54,663 nucleotides of DNA, from IMG/VR virus record IMGVR_UViG_3300048792_000052, positions 1 through 54,663 of that record; one strand, given 5' to 3'. Below the pieces are notes generated by a model. The model saw only the letters and a list, made by a program, of their open reading frames with translations. It did not search any database and was not told where the DNA came from. Positions 1-8,707 of the stretch are shown in pieces (positions within the stretch are counted from its first letter, which is position 1; each line of letters starts with the position of its first letter). Position numbers and translations under genes: made by a program. The DNA is from a virus (taxonomy: Duplodnaviria > Caudoviricetes).

Positions 1-154
1 GCGGCGGATTTCCGATCAGAACCGTCCCGATAGCCGCGCCCAGGATAATGAGCAGCTCGGCAGGCTGCATCAGCACCAGGAGGTTACCCTTTTCGATGAG
101 GTAACCGCCCGCGATACAGGCAAAGACAACCACTATACCTATGATGGGGAACAT
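1..154 (-). CDS. motA: Flagellar motor stator protein MotA, 5' part (runs off the window)
   Basis: Own translation from ATG at 154: MFPIIGIVVVFACIAGGYLIEKGNLLVLMQPAELLIILGAAIGTVLIGNPP, a typical MotA N-terminus (GG..L.QPAE). Confidence 0.85.
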   Translation of the reverse strand, partial: MFPIIGIVVVFACIAGGYLIEKGNLLVLMQPAELLIILGAAIGTVLIGNPP

Positions 155-281
155 TCCTAGCCGAGTCTCCGCATGCGATCTTGGTAGATCTTTAATCGGC
201 ATGAAGCGGAGCGCGGGCGATACCCGCAAATGAGGGGACCGCAGCAATGCGGCGGCTAGGGAATCGCAGAGTGGCTGAGGG

Positions 282-1202
282 TCACTCGTCTTCCGGTTCC
301 GCAAGAGCGTACAAGCTCTGTTTCGATTGGATCTTGCCGCACAAATGCTGTTCACCATGTTTCCAATAATCCAATGTCTTCCAGCGCGCCCAAGTTTCGG
401 GGATCTGGCTCATGATTTCTTCTATATCGCCGCGGGGAGCGGCCTCAAGATAGCCAAACCCGAGCGAGTGGGCCAGGCGCGTTCCGGATCGGATAGTTAC
501 TACCAACGTTCGATACTCACCGGAAGCTTTTTCATCGAACTTGCCGGTAACGGCACACAACCAAGGCGGCAGGCCCCAGGCGGAGGCGAGCCACGATCCG
601 GTGGCGAAATGATCCATACCAAACATCATTTCCTCGCGCGCAAGCAAGTCGAATCCCGTATTGTCCCGGAACATCCTGTCGATGAGAGTCAACAGATTTG
701 CGTACTTGTCTGGATACGCGGCGATCAAGGCAAGCCGTCCGATATCGTGAAGCAATCCGGCGACGTAGGCGATCAGGCGGTTGTCCTCGCCGGGCAAAGC
801 GATTTCCTGGCAACAGACCGCGCACGCCAGCGTGTAACGCCAGTAGCGCCGGTCTTCCAAGACATCTAAGGCGCGATGCATGTATCCTCGCACTAGCAGC
901 GTGATCGCGATCTCAATCAACTCGGCGGCGCCAACGCGGTCAATGATGGCCGCGGAATCGAGGGAGGCGCCCTCGTCGTATTTTCCCGATGCGACCGCAA
1001 TCTGATCCACTGAGTGCAGCACGTGTGGGTGTTCTTCCAGCAGACCTTGAAGCTGGTCAAGCTCGCTCGCCCGCGGGGGAATTCTGTTCAGAATGGCAAG
1101 CGCACATTCAGGAAACGGCTCGATGCGCTGAATCGAACGCGGTATTTCCACTGAGCCAAGCGTATCAGTCCTTTGCTTCCAGCGCCAAGGGCTTCTTTCC
1201 AA
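282..1202 (-). CDS. HDOD-domain signalling protein (start uncertain)
   Basis: PFP...IL N-terminal motif, YWRYTLACA, AYVAGLLHDIGRLAL, E..FG.DH...G.WL..W.LP. Confidence 0.8.
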   Translation of the reverse strand: MERSPWRWKQRTDTLGSVEIPRSIQRIEPFPECALAILNRIPPRASELDQLQGLLEEHPHVLHSVDQIAVASGKYDEGASLDSAAIIDRVGAAELIEIAITLLVRGYMHRALDVLEDRRYWRYTLACAVCCQEIALPGEDNRLIAYVAGLLHDIGRLALIAAYPDKYANLLTLIDRMFRDNTGFDLLAREEMMFGMDHFATGSWLASAWGLPPWLCAVTGKFDEKASGEYRTLVVTIRSGTRLAHSLGFGYLEAAPRGDIEEIMSQIPETWARWKTLDYWKHGEQHLCGKIQSKQSLYALAEPEDE

Positions 1203-1273
1203 AAGTCGCCCGCAGAAAGGAGCTGCTTGACATGTACGTATATTTACCGTACGCTTTGAATAGGTAACCGACG

Positions 1274-1588
1274 GTGAGTCAGCCGGCTCTAAAACGACGA
1301 AAACACAACGCGCTGAAGGCTAAAGCCTATCGCTTTGACGCGCGCCTGAATGCAGAGCAAAAGGTTCTCATACAAAAGGCAGCCGATCTTGAGGGCCGGA
1401 CCATGACGGACTTCGTCCTGCATAGCGCGGAAGCCGCCGCCGAACGCACCATTCAAGAGCGAGCAATCTTGATTCTGAGCGCACGCGAGACCGAGACTTT
1501 TGTGGATGCCATCCTGCACACCGCCCAACCCGGGCCTGTTTTACGGTCCGCAGCTCGGCACTACAAGAACACAATCGGCCGACGGTGA
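1274..1588 (+). CDS. DUF1778-family RHH antitoxin (TacA/AtaR-like)
   Basis: RFDARLNAEQKVLIQKAADLEGRTMTDFVLHSA...LSARETETFVDAI; 4-nt overlap with the GNAT gene. Confidence 0.88.
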   Translation: MSQPALKRRKHNALKAKAYRFDARLNAEQKVLIQKAADLEGRTMTDFVLHSAEAAAERTIQERAILILSARETETFVDAILHTAQPGPVLRSAARHYKNTIGRR

Positions 1589-2097
1589 GTCTGATTCCGT
1601 CTTCTTTCGAACCCCTCGCGGATCAGGATAAGACCAGCTTCACATGCGGCGTCGCAGAACTGGATGAGTATTTTCGCCGGCAGGCGAGTCAAGACGCGAA
1701 GCGGAAGGTGGCCGCGCCCTTCGTAATGTTGGACCAAGGGCGTCGCGTTGTAGGCTATTACACCCTGTCCGCGTATGGAATTCGCATCGCGGAATTGCCT
1801 CCGGCGGTTGCCAAGAAGCTTCCGAAGTATCCGCTCATCCCAGCGACCCTACTCGGCCGTTTAGCCGTGAGTCAAGACCATCGCGGACAGAAACTCGGAC
1901 GACTCCTGTTAATGGACGCCCTTTATCGAAGCTGGAAGAACACAAGAGTGATCGCCTCGATTGGCGTTGTGGCCGAGGCCTACGATGAGTCGGCGCGTAG
2001 CTTTTATCTGCATCACGAATTCGTTCCTCTCTTGGAGCATCCGCGAAAATGTTTCATTGCCATGGGAACCATCGAGAAAGCCTTCGCCCGAATGTGA
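1585..2097 (+). CDS. GNAT acetyltransferase toxin (TacT/AtaT-like)
   Basis: SFTCGVAELDEYF, VVGYYTLSA, IPATLLGRLAVSQDHRGQKLGRLLLMDAL, ARSFYLHHEF. Confidence 0.9.
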   Translation: MSLIPSSFEPLADQDKTSFTCGVAELDEYFRRQASQDAKRKVAAPFVMLDQGRRVVGYYTLSAYGIRIAELPPAVAKKLPKYPLIPATLLGRLAVSQDHRGQKLGRLLLMDALYRSWKNTRVIASIGVVAEAYDESARSFYLHHEFVPLLEHPRKCFIAMGTIEKAFARM

Positions 2098-2111
2098 CGG
2101 GCTATTTAGCC

Positions 2112-2133
2112 TGGCGGAAGCTAGTGGGAGTCG
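2112..2133. repeat. Left att core: duplicated 3' end of tRNA-Sec
   Basis: TGGCGGAAGCTAGTGGGAGTCG is identical to 54342-54363. Confidence 0.95.
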
Positions 2134-2454
2134 GGTTTACCTCCCGCATTGAAAACACGTAAGTTATTGATTCTACGTTTTGCGGTGTGCTCGCGTTTTG
2201 CCGGGTTTATAAATCTGCCGCTCAAAAAGCCGCACATGCCGTTAATTTAAAGGCCCCCGGTTCATGACGCCGAGGGCTTTAAAGGTTCCTTTGGTCTTTC
2301 CCGCCTTGTGGAGGGGCGGAAGAGCTTGCCGTCAGTTTCGTGGACCTGTAGCTGCCGCCGAGGGTCTATCTGCTATACGACACGCTTCAGCAAAGCATAG
2401 CACGAAACAGAATCACCCGGCAATGTTCTTTTCGCGACGTGATACAGTGTTCGC

Positions 2455-2682
2455 ATGCAGAAGAAAGAAACTATGCATGACGATATAACGCACAAGGGGA
2501 AGGTCTATCGGATCATCGGCGAGCCGAGCAGTATCGCGCATCCTGGCCAGGTCATTGTTGCGATCTTCGACATCTCGTTACCGGGAAAACCTGAGGAGAT
2601 GCATAGGGACACAGGGACGGACGATTCGAAGCTTGAAACGATGATGCGGAACGCTAGAGTTTGGGTGAATAACCTAAGTTGA
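2455..2682 (+). CDS. Hypothetical protein (moron, probably leaderless)
   Basis: 75-aa ORF; TACAGT -10-like hexamer 6 nt before the ATG. Confidence 0.5.
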   Translation: MQKKETMHDDITHKGKVYRIIGEPSSIAHPGQVIVAIFDISLPGKPEEMHRDTGTDDSKLETMMRNARVWVNNLS

Positions 2683-2703
2683 AACAAGTTTTGGTTAAGC
2701 AGA

Positions 2704-3183
2704 TCACAACCCCAAAATCTCGCGAATCCGTAGCCGCGCCATTTTATCTGCCGGAGTGCCGCCCGGCCGATTCACCCATGATTTGAAAGCCGCGATTTTT
2801 ACGTGGTGTTCCACTTCGGGCTGTGCTGCGCATACGGTGATCGTGGTTATGCCCTCGGGTATTTCTCCGGCCCACGCGGAACTTTTAATCGCTTTCAATC
2901 CGCGGGCGACGGCTTCGAAAAGCGTATCTGCGGTGACGTGAGCGGTGTGCTCAATCCCTTCCATGTCGGTAACGGAGACGCGGCAGGAGCGGTTCGGCAC
3001 GTCGGACATTTTAGCAAGATTCGCCTTTTGTTCGCTCGCCTGAGCAGTCGGGAGCCAAATGCCTTGGAGGTCGTGCCAGGCGTGCGCAGCAATCCAGGAA
3101 AGACCGAGGATCAGCGTCGCAAGAACGATGGCGTTATACAGGATGTTGTGGGCAATCCTATCGAGGCCGGGCGGCGTGTGCAC
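2704..3183 (-). CDS. Hypothetical protein: N-terminal TM helix plus a small C-terminal domain (possible second start at MSDVPN)
   Basis: GAAAGGAG SD before GTG; hydrophobic ILYNAIVLATLILGLSWIAA; C-terminal RSCRVSVTDMEGIEHTAHVTADTLFEAVARGL. Confidence 0.65.
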   Translation of the reverse strand: MHTPPGLDRIAHNILYNAIVLATLILGLSWIAAHAWHDLQGIWLPTAQASEQKANLAKMSDVPNRSCRVSVTDMEGIEHTAHVTADTLFEAVARGLKAIKSSAWAGEIPEGITTITVCAAQPEVEHHVKIAAFKSWVNRPGGTPADKMARLRIREILGL

Positions 3184-3185
3184 AG

Positions 3186-4120
3186 AAATCTCCTTTCCGG
3201 CGTAAAGAGATTCGCTCTATCGACCCCGAAGGGTTCTCTTGGCTGCTACTGATGCCCCCGCCGGAGGGCTAACTGCTCAAAAACTTCTTGGTTACAGCGT
3301 CAAAGGCATAACTTGGTTTCATTATGTCGAAGCCACAAAAGCTATACCTATACCTACAGTAAGCATATCATCAATCCCATCGTTTCGGCTCAACCTTGTT
3401 TTTTGTTTCGGTGGATATGCGACTTCCCCGCCGAAAAAAATCGGGCGGAGAAGTCGCAATCTTCTTGTCCTTGTTTCGTATGGACGTTTGCGATGGATCG
3501 GCTTAAAACGTTGAACTCTGAAAGATTAGGACGGTGGGGTTTGCCTGGTACTCACCCACGATGCCATTTGAATAAGCATTCGCGTCTTTCCCATCGTCAC
3601 CCACAACCGATGCCGTTCGGCAGCTTCGCTTCAGCTTGGCAACCCTGTCAACAAGTTCCCGCTACTTGATCCGCATTTTCAAGTTGAACGTTCGCGGGGC
3701 GGGCCTTTTTGCGGTAGGTATCCCTCTTGGGTAAGCAGACGGCTCGCTTTAGTAGGCGTGTCCACCAGTCGAGCAATTACCCCGACGACACAACCGTGTT
3801 CACCGTCACATCCTAATCTTTCAAAGAACAACGCCGACGCGCGGGGAAGTCGTAAGAAGCCGCGACGTTCTTTTGATTCGCCCAATCCAGTTGCCCTTCC
3901 AGCGAATATAAAAAGCTCTTTGGCGAAGTGGCGAGGCAAGATGCACTTTAGAAGGTGCATACGGGACGATTGCTCGTACCGCCTCTCCACCTACCCAAAA
4001 AGCTTGGGTGTAGGATTTACTTCGCCGTCCATGAAAGGACCCTTGAAGTATGAGCCATCCCCAGAATCCGTCAACCTGGGGATAACAAAACCGCCCGTTC
4101 CCGATAAATCGAGTGGGCGG
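3186..4120. ncRNA. Candidate large structured non-coding element
   Basis: No convincing ORF; nested long-range complementary blocks (3519-3531/3811-3823, 3420-3431/3841-3852) and many local hairpins. Confidence 0.5.
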
Positions 4121-4217
4121 CTCGCGCGACTTGCACAAAATATAACGGGGTAGCGTACTAGAAGGTTACTGGGCGGTGCCTGTCAACTTTCGGCGGATTT
4201 CCGCAATCTTGGAGCCG

Positions 4218-4601
4218 TCAATGGATTCCGCCGGTTTCGAGGCAAACAAACTTGTCGGTCTGGCGGGTACATTTCCAGACAACTGTGCCATATTCTGGCT
4301 GTTCTTTGCGCCCCCAGACCTCAACTGATATCTCGTGGGCGGGGCCGTCGTCGCACGTGAAATAGCCCACGGCATATCCGACTTTCATTCGTCCCACGGG
4401 TTGTTGAAAAGGGTTTGTAAAGCAAGATTTGCTCTCGCCGACAAACCAATTACCTTGCGCGGTGAGGTTCGTTTCGACGGTGTGCTCTATGAGTCCTGCC
4501 CCATCTAGGTACTCGTAACCTTCTATAGCGGCACCAACGGTCACGGCTATCAGTATGTATGCAACCCAACCGATAACCGCATTGCTCTTCTGTGGTGCCA
4601 C
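4218..4601 (-). CDS. Hypothetical membrane-anchored protein with paired Cys
   Basis: 127-aa ORF, N-terminal TM, four Cys in the soluble part. Confidence 0.6.
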   Translation of the reverse strand: MAPQKSNAVIGWVAYILIAVTVGAAIEGYEYLDGAGLIEHTVETNLTAQGNWFVGESKSCFTNPFQQPVGRMKVGYAVGYFTCDDGPAHEISVEVWGRKEQPEYGTVVWKCTRQTDKFVCLETGGIH

Positions 4602-4770
4602 TCGATGCGCTCCGGTGTAAGAGTATATCGTACCGGCGCAGGTTTTTGTCTGTAATGGTTCCGCGCGAGCTGCGGCATCATTGGGGCAACCCTCCTTGCC
4701 TAAAAATGCGATTATGGGCGCATCGTCGGTACTGAAAGACGGGAGCCGTTGAAGAACGAAACCTAGGTCG

Positions 4771-4821
4771 AAAGAAAAACCGCCCAGCCCGCTAGTCGAG
4801 CTTCAATGGCGGTTTTTCTTT
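4771..4821. terminator. Bidirectional intrinsic terminator
   Basis: 14-bp perfect inverted repeat AAAGAAAAACCGCC (4771-4784) / GGCGGTTTTTCTTT (4808-4821) just downstream of the GH26 gene. Confidence 0.7.
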
Positions 4822-4838
4822 TGCGGATTTCCGCGATC

Positions 4839-5648
4839 TTAGAGCAGAGCTTTGAGGGTTCCGAGCGCGGCGGAGCCAAGAGTGAATGGGGACTGGTTGA
4901 AGTAGATAATCCCCTTCGCGCCCGATGCGAATGCCGCTTGCAGGAAGGCTGACTGGTTGTCTAAGCTTACCGCTCCGATTGAGGTGGCCCAAAGCGGCTT
5001 ACCAAACGCTTGCATGACAGGCAGCGATTCGCTGAAAACTTGTGAGAAGTTTTGTCCACCGAAATCGAACCCATCGAGTCCCACAATATCCACATAAGCA
5101 CTCCCAGGATAATAAGCGGTGAGAGCAGAACAAGACATACCAGTTCCGCATACGTTCGGATCATAGGCAAACTTTACATTACTGTCGCCGGAAAACAAGG
5201 AGTGGATGTGAATCCAGGCAGCTTTGAAAGCAGTCGGGTTGCCGTAGTACGGACTCCAGTCGCCGTTCATCTCGTCGAGCGGGGCAAAGATGACGGGCTG
5301 TCCATAGGACTTCATTTCGCTGGCCCAGACTTTGAGGAATGAATCCGCGTCGCCGTTCTCGATCTGTTGTGCCGTGTAGCTCGATTCCCAATATGCGAAG
5401 ATCGGGCCGGTAATATTTTGCGAGGCAAGGTCTTCGGTGAAGTCATCGCCGTCGCCGAAGAAGAATCCCGTGTACGTTCCGTACTGCGTTTTCTTTTCGT
5501 TGTTGTACATCCCGAACTGGATGCCGGAAGGTATGGTAACAGGTGTTACTATAGGCGGCGGAACTGGCTGATGATGATGGCCGCGCGCGAAGGCGGGCGA
5601 TGCTGCGAGAAACAGGACTGCGCTGATGAGGAGAGTTATTTTTTTCAT
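4839..5648 (-). CDS. Secreted glycoside hydrolase family 26-like protein
   Basis: Signal peptide; PVIFAPLDEMNGDWSPY, FKAAWIHI, YYPGSAYVDIVGLDGFD, GKPLW. Confidence 0.8.
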   Translation of the reverse strand: MKKITLLISAVLFLAASPAFARGHHHQPVPPPIVTPVTIPSGIQFGMYNNEKKTQYGTYTGFFFGDGDDFTEDLASQNITGPIFAYWESSYTAQQIENGDADSFLKVWASEMKSYGQPVIFAPLDEMNGDWSPYYGNPTAFKAAWIHIHSLFSGDSNVKFAYDPNVCGTGMSCSALTAYYPGSAYVDIVGLDGFDFGGQNFSQVFSESLPVMQAFGKPLWATSIGAVSLDNQSAFLQAAFASGAKGIIYFNQSPFTLGSAALGTLKALL

Positions 5649-5663
5649 GGTTGGTTAGTTAAT

Positions 5664-6140
5664 TTAACAATTGGGAGGGAAGTCGTAGGGATACATTGTG
5701 CATCGAAAACGCCACGTCGACCATCGTGCTATTTTACCGGCGAGAATCCATTGCATCGCGAGTTGGGTACTGCACTGAAGGTTCATGGCGCACGATTCGT
5801 CAAAGTCCGGGTTCGCGTCGTTGAACTGCCAGAATCCATAGCTCGTGCTGCCGTTCGGCTCATGGCCGACGAGATTCTGTCCGTCCTGGGATTCATGGGC
5901 GACGATGAAAAGGGCATCAACCGGATTTACGCCGTAGAGGGCTGCTTCCTGCCGGACATACGCAATCACGGATGAAGTGCTTAAAACGCCGCTAGCGGGC
6001 AAAACGGGGCTAGAAACAGGGGTAGGAAAAACCGCCGCTTCAGCTTTTGAGGCGGTTCCTTGGATTACATACACTGCTGGCTGGGCTAGGACTGAGAGGA
6101 GGGTGAAAAGACCGATGAGAGCATGAAGTGATTTGAGAAT
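5664..6140 (-). CDS. Lysozyme-like/SLT transglycosylase with signal-like N-terminus (probable ATT start; GTG at 6074 is the alternative)
   Basis: IVAHES, SYGFWQFN, CSTQLAMQWI...WSTW; frame open upstream to ATT at 6140, adding ILKSLHALIGLFTLLSVLAQPA. Confidence 0.7.
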   Translation of the reverse strand: MLKSLHALIGLFTLLSVLAQPAVYVIQGTASKAEAAVFPTPVSSPVLPASGVLSTSSVIAYVRQEAALYGVNPVDALFIVAHESQDGQNLVGHEPNGSTSYGFWQFNDANPDFDESCAMNLQCSTQLAMQWILAGKIARWSTWRFRCTMYPYDFPPNC

Positions 6141-6179
6141 AGGTTATGGGTGTTGAACCCCGCCACTAGTGGCAACGAC

Positions 6180-6803
6180 TCATTGAAGAGCCGATATTAG
6201 ATTTTGTTCGACTGGTAACTTATCGTTTTTCCTTGAGTTGCATGGCCTACAGAGTGGTTGAATGTTGGTAATGTCATTGGTACCCCCCTTCGAAACAGGT
6301 ATGATATGGTCAATCGTCAATTTCCTATTGAAGTCTGCTTCCCCGCATTCGCTACAGAGATAAGCGTTACTAGCCTTGATCCGAATCCATTCACGGCGCG
6401 TAAGAGGTTGTAAGCAACCAAGGATAGCGCGTCGCCGCCTGTTGTTCTTTAAGGCGTTCACCTGCGTAACGCCGCCCTTCCAAAAGTGACTTTTAGCTCC
6501 TAGCCGAGAATCGCTGATATGTTTCCGATGTTCAGGAGAAAAACGCATTCCCTTGTGGGCAAGCCTCATGCGCTCCTTGGTTCCTTCAGTGTGTTTCCAG
6601 TAATCGCCTAAAGCTCCATAAGCTCCCGCGTAGACATGACCATCTGCCTCTCTCTTTGCCTTATAAATCAGAATGTTGCAGGGTCGACACGCACTTTGAA
6701 AACCGCCTCTTACCGAAGAATAGAAATTAGCGGTGTCCAGAGGCTTAATTTGTTTGCACTTCCAACACCGTCTTTGACCTTGTGCTTTCAGTCGATGATC
6801 CAA
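6180..6803 (-). CDS. HNH homing endonuclease with NUMOD3-like repeats
   Basis: CSECG...LTIDHIIPVSKGGTNDITNIQPLCRPCNSRK; HTEGTKERMRLAHKG and SPEHRKHIS motifs. Confidence 0.88.
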   Translation of the reverse strand: MDHRLKAQGQRRCWKCKQIKPLDTANFYSSVRGGFQSACRPCNILIYKAKREADGHVYAGAYGALGDYWKHTEGTKERMRLAHKGMRFSPEHRKHISDSRLGAKSHFWKGGVTQVNALKNNRRRRAILGCLQPLTRREWIRIKASNAYLCSECGEADFNRKLTIDHIIPVSKGGTNDITNIQPLCRPCNSRKNDKLPVEQNLISALQ

Positions 6804-7064
6804 TGAAGTTGTGTTGCTGACTTGAGTTTACGACTGGTTTGGTATTCGCTTGGCGCAAAGCCCGCTTTTGATACCCTAGGACTACTTTGCGGGGTCTGCG
6901 CGAAACGAACAGAGAGCAGGAAGGGGCTTCCTGGAGGGTTCCTGCGCTAGAAAAGGGAAAATTGGATGATCTTCGTCAAGCGAAGGGTATTAAATTGTTG
7001 TGCGAATCGGAAGCCCCAGATAACGATACCGTCTTGGCGGAAATCCGCAATAAGTTATCCCCAG

Positions 7065-7874
7065 CTACCGGAAGATGAAATTGCGCATTTCTTGGATGCG
7101 GACAGGGTGGTTATGCTGCATCCCAGCTTTGAAGTGCCAGCCACGAATCTCTTGCACGATGTTCATGGCGATATGTTGCGGCGGAGTCTGAATGAAATAG
7201 ATATCGGCGGGACTGCCGCGCTCATCAACGACGAAACAGACTGCCACGGTTCCCTGAAAACCGCTCGCCCAGGTTATCGTGTTATCCGTGCCGGTGTCCG
7301 AGAAGAGAAAGACTGGTGATGTAATGCCGGTCATGCCGCCGGTTTCTTTGATCGCATTGGACTTGTCGCAATAGTGGGGGTCGTCTTCCCGAATGTCTAC
7401 CTTGGTGAGCTTCGGTAGCGTCGGCTGGAAGGGTTGCGGCACCGATCCGCGCGAGGGCGCGGCGACGGGGTCGTTCGTATAGAAATGGAGCGTGCCGTGG
7501 CCTTGAAAACGGGCTTGCTGGAACTTGAATTGAGAGCTGTCGTTCGCAAAAAACGGTCCTTGCCCCTTCCGGTCGCCCACGATCCAGATAGCATCCCAGA
7601 ACTGTTTGGAATCGCCGACCGGCCGGAAATAGAACTGGTGCCATGCCTGTGGGATATGGACGATCGGGCCGAAACATCCTTCGGTAAGCGGAACGGTGAA
7701 GTCGCGGATAAGTTTATTCGAATTGTCGATGTCTTTGTCTTCCTCGCCCGCGCACAATGTGGTGGCCTCGAATCGGATAGGGAAATCCGGCTTGCTCTTG
7801 TACGAGAGGACGAGAACGATGCCGGCAATCGAAGCGAATAAAAGGACAAGCCACAATGTTTTAGATCCGCTCAC
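7065..7874 (-). CDS. Membrane-anchored protein with TonB C-terminal-like domain
   Basis: N-terminal TM; C-terminal QGTVAVCFVVDERGSPADI...EIRGWHFKAGMQHNHPVRI. Confidence 0.65.
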   Translation of the reverse strand: MSGSKTLWLVLLFASIAGIVLVLSYKSKPDFPIRFEATTLCAGEEDKDIDNSNKLIRDFTVPLTEGCFGPIVHIPQAWHQFYFRPVGDSKQFWDAIWIVGDRKGQGPFFANDSSQFKFQQARFQGHGTLHFYTNDPVAAPSRGSVPQPFQPTLPKLTKVDIREDDPHYCDKSNAIKETGGMTGITSPVFLFSDTGTDNTITWASGFQGTVAVCFVVDERGSPADIYFIQTPPQHIAMNIVQEIRGWHFKAGMQHNHPVRIQEMRNFIFR

Positions 7875-7889
7875 AGAGGGAGCTTAACA

Positions 7890-7922
7890 GAAAAAGAGAG
7901 CCCGCGTGTGTTAAGCGCGGGC
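7890..7922 (-). terminator. Intrinsic terminator
   Basis: GCCCGCG/CGCGGGC stem followed on the minus strand by TCTCTTTTT. Confidence 0.55.
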
Positions 7923-8001
7923 GAGCCGTGTCCGTATCCAACGTGGTCGGACATCTGGCGAGTTGCATCATACCGTGATGCACGGTGGGGGAAGAAATGG
8001 A

Positions 8002-8154
8002 TCACCTACTTCCTGTCGCAGTAGCGACTTTGACGGATGTGCCGTTCAGTTCTCGGTAGAGTTCGAACAGCCATTGCTGATAGCAGGGGTCGTGGAAGCC
8101 GTTGATGGTTTCATCGTTTGGCAGGATTGCCGCTTTGCACTTTGGGCACGTCAT
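8002..8154 (-). CDS. Small CxxC protein (50 aa)
   Basis: Own translation: MTCPKCKAAILPNDETINGFHDPCYQQWLFELYRELNG... Confidence 0.5.
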   Translation of the reverse strand: MTCPKCKAAILPNDETINGFHDPCYQQWLFELYRELNGTSVKVATATGSR

Positions 8155-8464
8155 GCTTCTCCTCTTTGGCTTCATCTTCTTTGAGCCAATTGATTTCGGT
8201 CACCCACGCGGCGGGTATGGCGAGAAAGGTATCAGGTTCACCTTCCGAGAAGTTGTAAACGACGAGGACGACTTTGTTCTGCACCGTCACGCACCCGAAG
8301 GATACTTGGGGAACGAGCAGCGAGAGAAAGTTATTGAGATCGGGGTCATGCGGTCGTGAGTGGAGCGCGGCGTCGAACCAACGGACCTGTGCAGCTTTGC
8401 ACTCGTGTTCCGCGAGTACGGGCAGCGGGATGAGAAGCGCGAGTAAGGCGATGAGCTTGTTCAT
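8111..8464 (-). CDS. Secreted hypothetical protein
   Basis: Signal peptide MNKLIALLALLIPLPVLA; ATGA overlap with the upstream gene. Confidence 0.6.
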   Translation of the reverse strand: MNKLIALLALLIPLPVLAEHECKAAQVRWFDAALHSRPHDPDLNNFLSLLVPQVSFGCVTVQNKVVLVVYNFSEGEPDTFLAIPAAWVTEINWLKEDEAKEEKHDVPKVQSGNPAKR

Positions 8465-8676
8465 TGTTTGAACCTATCGAGAGACTGCCGAAACAGTTCT
8501 AGGTGCGTCGGATTGCTTCGAGGATTGAGAGCAATCGTAACAAAGCGTTTCCGAGCGAAAGTTCGTACAGGGGCGGATAGTAGCTTTCCACATCCAAGGT
8601 TGGTGCAGTAGGCGACACCCGTGGGGACTGCCCGATGGCAGTGCGGACAATAGTTGGTCTTCTGCGAATTGCGCAT
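8461..8676 (-). CDS. Small zinc-ribbon protein
   Basis: Start MRNSQK after a purine-rich SD; CPHC...CTNLGC. Confidence 0.55.
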   Translation of the reverse strand: MRNSQKTNYCPHCHRAVPTGVAYCTNLGCGKLLSAPVRTFARKRFVTIALNPRSNPTHLELFRQSLDRFKQ

Positions 8677-8707
8677 GGTTTTTCCCTTTTCTGATGTCGG
8701 CTGAATT

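Noticed and set aside
4-15. GCGGATTTCCGA palindrome-like hit in motA
   Set aside because: Imperfect, outside the att sites and explained by the IGNPP codons; not counted.
3239-4153. ORFs 3239-3514, 3313-3669, 3679-3990, 3758-4153, 3821-4138 as proteins
   Set aside because: Mutually overlapping, atypical composition, no convincing ribosome-binding sites; the region is better explained by nucleic-acid structure.
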